From assembly GCA_032718475.1 (NCBI GenBank), contig JAUCBJ010008356.1, positions 1 through 54,467 on the forward strand: DNA of 54,467 nucleotides, read 5' to 3'. A program made the translations under genes and the position numbers. Position 1 is the first letter of the stretch; the number at the start of each line of letters is the position of its first letter. Source of the DNA: Nemertoderma westbladi (Eukaryota > Animalia > Xenacoelomorpha). Below the pieces are notes generated by a model. The model searched no databases, had not been told where the DNA came from, and saw nothing but the letters and a program-made list of their open reading frames with translations. Below are positions 47,483 through 54,467 of the stretch, piece after piece.

Positions 47483-48921
47483 GCGTTGCAAGAATTAAAA
47501 TTATGTAAATGTTTTTAACTTCGTGACTGAAATATGATAATACTGGGGTTCAAAAATATTACAGCTACTATTTCCTAATAGGCCACCACGATCAGCGGTT
47601 CCAGCTGTTGTTTTAGTTTTTATAATTTTTATCACAACCCATAAAAATTTGAATAGAAAACATTTATACATATTAAATGAGACGTACTGTATACTAGATA
47701 CACAAGTCTAATATTTCACACTCATACGCAGGCGCACGCGGGTTAAAGGTATACAATACAGCATACAATTTATACATTTGGAAATGTATATATTTAACAA
47801 ACACAATAAAAACACCTATAAATACACCTTATATCAACTAGATTACGAGTTACACACCTGAATAATATGATAATTTATTTACTTAAACAAATGTTGTGGT
47901 GTATCGAGCATGTTAATAACTAACACGCAACACAAGTCCATTATCACCAAACACAGTCTAACAGCCGGTAGATGGAGCTAAAATTTGGGTACAGCCATGG
48001 GCCAAACTACTAATCTTTTAGAAAAAAAAAATTTTTGTATACTTTTGGGATATGAGGGAGTATTAATAATCATACCAACTATTATTCCAACAATAATGGG
48101 AAGAATTACATCGCAATTTCTAAAGTGCGCTGAATCCGATAATATTGGTCGCAGGTTGAATGAATGAAAATGTTTGTAAAGTATATCTAGTTTAGTATTG
48201 ACACTGATACTTATGAAAAGAAAAACTATAATTATGAGTAATGTATATTTTCTTAAAGAAAATATGTTTACTAAAGAATGATTATTATAAAGAACTATTA
48301 TTCATTACTATAATTTGATCTGACACAAGCTATAAATTAGGTAAACATATATCAATTAAAAGGCATTGAGAGAAGTATTGTTTTTCAAAGATGTACCATC
48401 TGATAAATTGTACAGCATCATCAACAAAAAAACATGTCACTGTGCACAGTACATCGAACGCGTCTTCTATACACAGTGATATTGTACCACTGCGTGCAAC
48501 GGAAAAAACACTTCAAGGTCGAATACATCAAAGCAATAATATATATTCAATGAATGGCTACGCGGGATGAGGCCCTAGGGGTCAGTACAATACAATTGCC
48601 ACCAGAATATTGATGGACCCCATCGCTCACCCTACGGTAGTATAATAGTATACCGGCCCGACACGTCACCCAAGGCAAGAAGTTACCGAGACCGCGCATA
48701 GGAACGTAAGAAAATAAATATAAGTTGATTATACGGCAGTAATTGGATATGTCAATCCAAAAAATATATCGTTTTTTTGTTCTCAAACGACTTCCGACCA
48801 ATGATGCAATACAAACATTAGTTCAGATTAGCTTAATTAGCTTAGTAAACGAACTTAAAATTATAATAAAATATATTATATATTTATTTAATATAATTTA
48901 TATTCAATTGTATTAATTAAT

Positions 48922-49167
48922 GCGATCTAAAGGCGGGGTAGCTCAGTTGGTTGAGCGCCGGGCCTGCAATCTATTGGTTGTAGGTTCGACCCCCGCCTGG
49001 GTACACTCAGCCTTTCATCCACTGGGGTCGATAAAGTGAGTACCAGTTAAATTACTGGGAGCAAAACAAGAGAGAGGAGTAGCGCCCACCCCAACCCTCG
49101 GGTAGCAGCTATCGAAAGAGGAGCCTTCGGGTCGCCTCCGGCCTCGGCCGACTGTTTGCTTGCTATA
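48922..49167 (+). mobile_element. Full-length tRNA-derived SINE (family 1) with conserved central domain and structured tail
   Basis: A box tagctcagttgg and B box ggttcgaccc. Central ctcagcctttcatcc...ggggtcgataaagtgagtaccag resembles, from memory, a widespread metazoan SINE domain. Tail (TTGC)n; probable TSD tattaattaat at 48911-48921 and 49168-49178. Confidence 0.85.
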
Positions 49168-49924
49168 TATTAATTAATTGGAAGGTGTATTGGGCTAACT
49201 CTATATTAACATGTGCCGGATATATTTGTCAAATTTAAATGTATCTAATATATACTCGTTGTACGAATCGATTATAAATAATAATTAATCTTAATAACAT
49301 TTATTAATACGACAATAAATAGTTGAAGGAAATACGTAGAAATTATTTCGTACTCTATAATCCAAATACCGGTACTTTTTATTCAATAATTAATTACAGC
49401 TCACCCTGCAGGCAGATGCAACATTGAAACCACCTACAATGCATCCTACAATGATAACGGAATTTTATTAACTACTTTGAATTCGCAGTAAACGTATTGG
49501 TGGTTCCGCTATAAGATTAATTGTAAACAACGAGACGCCGACACGTGTGTTTCAACTGAATTGGACGCGAATAGTAATTTAAGGATAGGATAGGAATTGA
49601 TCTGGGATTGGAATAGAACGTGTACCAGGCCTGGCGCCATTCTTGAATTACTACAGTAGCTAAGGTGAAAAAATCTGAGAATGATGTTGCACCGTGGCCC
49701 TCGATAGTCTGTAATATAACTAAAATTCAAGCCGCTGCTGTAAAACTACCAACTCTGTAGTATATTTGAATACGTCATTAATTTGGTACCATGTTGTTTT
49801 GTTACCCCCCCCCCCCCCCCCCCCCACACCCCCATCACAGGTAGTGATTCCTGTTACACCCCATTCAAAAACACGATTAATTTGGTGTGCGGACAGTCCC
49901 CCCCCCCCCCCCCCCCATTCAAGT

Positions 49925-50872
49925 AGGACACCCCGGACACTTCCCCCCGGACACTTCCCCCCGGACACTTCCCCCCCAGACACCTTCCCCCGGACACTCC
50001 CTCCCCCGACTGTTCTTAACTTCGCACATTCATATTTTTCATTTTGTAAGGTAAACGGACCGCTTGTCTCTAGACAAGTTGTATCCAATTTTCTTTTCTT
50101 AGCTCAGAAAGTGATCTTTTGCATCCCAATTTTACATTTTGTATACAAGTTGTAACCCAATCGCGACGATTGGTTCCAATCATCCGATTCTAATCTTCGC
50201 CCAAGAGAAACCTTCGCCCAAGAGAAACCTTCGCCCAAGAGAAACCTTCGCCCAAGAGAAACCTTCGCCCAAGAGAAACCTTCGCCCACAGGGAATTTTC
50301 CCGATAAGTTACCTGCGCCCGCTAATTATCAATCAATGGAAAGGAGCATTTGTTTATCTTTGGATCTATCTATTTACGTACATATCTGTGTGTTTTAATA
50401 TTTGCAAGCCTGGTAAATAAAGAAAACAGATTTGTAAGTGAATCCAAAGAGTGCTTAAGCGAATTATTTCCAACGAAATGCCTTATTAGCATTTGAAGCT
50501 ACTATTAATGTCAGATTGAAAACCAAATTTAAATAAATGAAAATAGTGTTATTTACAGTCTTATTTAGCAGTACAGCACATTATTTTTTATTTTAACATA
50601 CCATTATTATTATTTGTCCTTCAAGAACAGTTGTGGATTGTGTCATTATTTGGATCCCAAATTGGCCCTGGTTTAAAAATAATGAAATTTATGTTCTTAG
50701 GTCTGGAATTTACAAATAAATGGGGAACATTTTGACAGAAAACAGATCTGTTCCATTCAAAAGGATGTCATGATTGCCCGGCACCGACTTGGGCAGGACT
50801 GTATCTGGGAACGAATTGTCCGGGAACGAATTGTCCGGGAACGAATTGTCCGGGAACGAATAGTCCTGATTC
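49925..50872. repeat. Cluster of short subterminal-type tandem repeats (probable MITE remnants)
   Basis: ggacacttccccc about x5 (49925-50005), 17-bp ttcgcccaagagaaacc x5 (50196-50288), 15-bp gggaacgaattgtcc about x4 (50807-50866). The last is roughly inverted relative to the first two. Confidence 0.6.
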
Positions 50873-52479
50873 TGAATAGGATTATTCGCCGGCGAAGCAA
50901 AATCGATTCATATTATATGATATTGTGCAGGGAAATTTCGTTTCGGGACTGACTAATCGATCCCGGATAATATTATCCCAATGTTATTGAATGTCACAAC
51001 GGAACTTCACTTCACAATGAGTAATGAACTCTTACTACCAAAACAGCTCGCAAACATAACGGTAAGATAGGCAAGTGCAAAATCATAAACTTCAATTCCA
51101 ATCACACAGTACATAGCCATATAGCCGGTAAATATATAGCCATATTAACTGCTATAGATTACAACAGAGCACCGTGTATAGCCATAAACTAATCAAAGCA
51201 ATAAATGATACCCATTATTCTCTGTAGCGAACTCATTAAATGATTAAAGATTATCAATGGAATCAAACTGCTACAGTACTTCAAGTTCCATTGGTGGTGG
51301 CTTATTCGCTTATTCTCTATTCATTTCATTTTATTTATTAATCTATATTCATACATACATTATTATGAATATCCAATTTCTCAAGGCTGTAATTTGAGCA
51401 TCTCCAATCCGAATCTGAAGGGGGTAGATAAATCTATATAGTATATCCTATGTGAGAATTAACACGTAAAATGTTTTACAAAAGGGAACTATGAAAAAAG
51501 TCGAGAAAGAGCAAGGTTAAAAAAGTGTAGGGGAAAGAACAGGATTGTTATATTCAATTTAATTAAATTTGATTTGAATATTTAATATGAAGATTAAAAT
51601 TATATAAATCACTAAACAGTAAGTACAATATCCCATGAAAATCTAAACTATTTAGGAAAGACAAGGGGGGGGGGGGGTGATTGGATGCAAATCCAATATA
51701 TATATAAATATATATGGATATAATATATATAATATATATAGATGCAAAACAATAAACTAAAGTTCAATGAACTGGTTACAGTTATATTTTAGCAAGAAAT
51801 CAGTTATTATATGTTATTTACGTCGATTTTCCACTGGAGAGAGTTGTAATTGAATGCGCCAAGCCAATGAGTCCCCCATCCCCTACGATTTTTGAAATAA
51901 AATATATAATAATATACATTGAAAATGAGGTGTGTGGAAATATGTTGAAAAAGAAGCATAAAACTTTAACGTAAAAACTAAACTAACTAGAGAAAAAATA
52001 GTTAAATTTTTTGTCAAGAATGAATTAGGGAAATAAAGCCGGCCTTTTGAGCGCCGCCGTGTGATTAAATCACCACCAATCATTCGCCTTCGATTGTATC
52101 AACTTCTGTGGTTGGCAAGAAGCTCAAACATCACTGGTGAACTCACATTGATGGATGTTAGCAGTATATGAATTATTAACAATACACATGCCAGTGTATT
52201 GGTGACAAGAACGATTCAACTTGTTACTGTCATGAATGGAAGAACTGATGACCTGGTAGGTAGTATGCATTGCTTAGAGCAGTTATTTTGAAGGAATTTG
52301 CCTCTCAAGTCCATTGAAGTACTACACATAAACGACGCCAATATATTATTGTAACTTCGACCGGAGTTTAGTTATGTACAGTTCACTGAATATTAATTAG
52401 GCATATAACAAACCAGTTTATATACCGGTAAATTTATAAATAAATGATAAATACTGACACAGGGGCTTTATAACATTAC

Positions 52480-52670
52480 AATAATATTATATAGTGTCTG
52501 ATTGGAGATGTGTTGCATTGTTCTTGACACAGAAAACTCGACGTAGCATTCTTGTGTAAGTGCCATCCAGATATTTGGTGTCCTCAGCAGTTAGAGCTCA
52601 GCACGGACTCCCATATAGGAGTACTGGAACTACTGCTGCCCTTAATAATCGGACCTTTAGTTTCCCTACT
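52480..52670 (-). mobile_element. RTE LINE internal fragment, decayed
   Basis: Homologous to about 53780-53960. Confidence 0.8.
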
Positions 52671-53479
52671 TGGATTCACATTACAAGAACATAGACGCGG
52701 CAGATATCCCACTCATACAGTCACAGCAGACAGCGACTTTACAGATGACATCTTCCTCCTTTTTTGTATTACCATTTATTATTATTAGTATTATTCTTAT
52801 TTCAGATTAAAATTCCTAGACTATAATGTAATTTAGCAAACAACATAAATGTAAACATAAACAATGTGTAAATTAATACGGAAATTATAACAAGCACAAA
52901 ATCGCGCAAAGGTCCGCGTCTACTAACGTATGAACTGTCTCCTTGAATGGCTTACTATCAATCTCACTACCAAAAAACATTCACCGGAAATTGGGATTGA
53001 ACTCGCTACCTAGAGATTCCAAGTGGAACACTCTACCAACTTCGCCACTTTGCCGTATGAAGCCTTATAAATACTGGTCTTGCTACGGGGACCTAACGGA
53101 CCTACTGTGTAATAAGAATATAGGGTTTTGGATTTCACGTATTTTGGATATGTGACCATGACCTGCTACTAAAGATATCTTTAGTAGGTGATGATGTGAC
53201 CCATAATATTTATGGGTCACCATTTCGATACCCTCACACTTAATTTAAACATAGCATGCCAACAGTTGTACAACACAAATGACCTATAATTCACCACTGA
53301 GTCCTCCAACAACCATACAAACTACCTAGACATCACAATATACCGACAGAACAACAACCTTCTCACCAAGCTTTACAAGAAACCCACTTGTAATAAACTG
53401 GCAATCTTATAATCCAGCTGCCACCACAAACCCTCCCTGTTGGCCGTTGTCAAAGCCGATATCCTAAGGTACCGCCGCC

Positions 53480-54467
53480 TACTACTACTACTACTAGGAT
53501 CGGCATGCTGCATTGCAGCTGCATTTTTAGGAATGCTGTGCCGGCTTGTCAACAAAATTCACCCATGACATTTGCTAGATCATCCGCATCTTTAAGGCCA
53601 GTGTCCTTTAAGATGCGTCTCAAGAAAGTCATGGGCTGTCCACCATGCTTATTCACTCCACGAGGCTGCCAAAGTACAAGATTATGCACTGGCTGGTCCT
53701 CACGGCGAAAGCAATGTCCTGCAAAGCGGAGGCGATTTTGTTCTAGTGTCAAGCTTGGGGGAACCAATGAGACATCTCCAATGTTATATAGTGTCTGGTT
53801 GGAGATGTGTACATTGTACTTGACACAATGAACCCGGCGTAGCATTCTTGTGAATGTGCCATCCAGAGATTTGGTGTCCTCAGCAGTTAGAGCCCAGCAT
53901 GGACTCCCGTAGAGGAGTACTGGAACTACTGCTGCTCTAAATAATCGGACCTTAAGTTTCCGATTAATTCTCGGTGACTTCCAAATCCTGGAAAGCCTAT
54001 TCAAGGCTGCCCATGCCTTTCCCTTACGTATTCGAAGGTCCTCACCTGACTTCCGGATCCATGATCCCAGGTAACAGAAGTCGTCCACATGCTCAAGCAT
54101 ACCATCCTTTGAGCTTATGCTCATCCGATCAGAGACTTGCTGAGGACTTTCAAAGTTAACTGTCAGAATTTTGGTCTTTCTGGAGTTAATAAAAGACCAA
54201 CACTAGAAGCAGCATGTTCTAATGAGCTGAGGAGCCGTTGGGCTCCCTCTAATGATTCTGAGAGTACTCCTAAGTCATCAGCAAAGTCTAGATCAGTTAG
54301 GTACTTGGCAGGATTTCCTCGACTTCTGGAGCCAGTAGGTGGAGTTATCATCACCCCATCATCATTATGATGATCTAAGGACATGCGTAGAACATAGTCA
54401 ACCACAATAATGAACAAGAATGGTGCAAGTGTGTCTCCTTGGAGGACGCCCCATAATACTTCAAATG
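53480..54467 (-). mobile_element. RTE-clade LINE 3' part, running off the window end
   Basis: GVLQGDTLAPFLFIIVVDY, YLTDLDFADDL, DDFCYLGSWI and VLLYGSPCW motifs; one frameshift near 54160; 3' hairpin gctgcaatgcagc and (TAG)n tail. Confidence 0.93.

Larger units (their letters stand above)
46525..49800. repeat. Second copy of a ~3-kb direct duplication (first copy about 42070-45200)
   Basis: Collinear homology across the PLE fragment and AT-rich flanks; the copies differ by an RTE insertion, a SINE insertion and other indels. Confidence 0.9.

Overview
Eukaryotic, almost certainly invertebrate-animal genomic DNA: AT-rich, dense in transposons and satellites; the taxon cannot be assigned from sequence alone. 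There are five long uninterrupted ORFs of conserved families: an oxalate:formate-antiporter-like MFS transporter, a fatty acyl-CoA reductase, SNAPC3, ACSF2 and a CCDC13-like coiled-coil protein. There is also a probable terminal exon of a single-pass membrane protein with an NPxY tail. The rest is repetitive: six RTE-clade LINE copies, two Penelope-like (RT + GIY-YIG) fragments inside a ~3 kb duplication, tRNA-derived SINEs, several MITEs with clear TIRs/TSDs, a foldback/tandem cluster of a DINE-1/HINE-like element, and 19-, 22-, 22- and 50-bp tandem arrays. No CRISPR, rRNA or functional tRNA was found. The most unusual signal is gene architecture. All five CDSs lack introns, although several of these families are multi-exon in vertebrates. 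At least three have an AG acceptor-like site 2-6 nt before the ATG, and one starts only 142 bp after the upstream same-strand stop codon. This points to wholesale coding-intron loss, possibly with SL trans-splicing or operons (inference).
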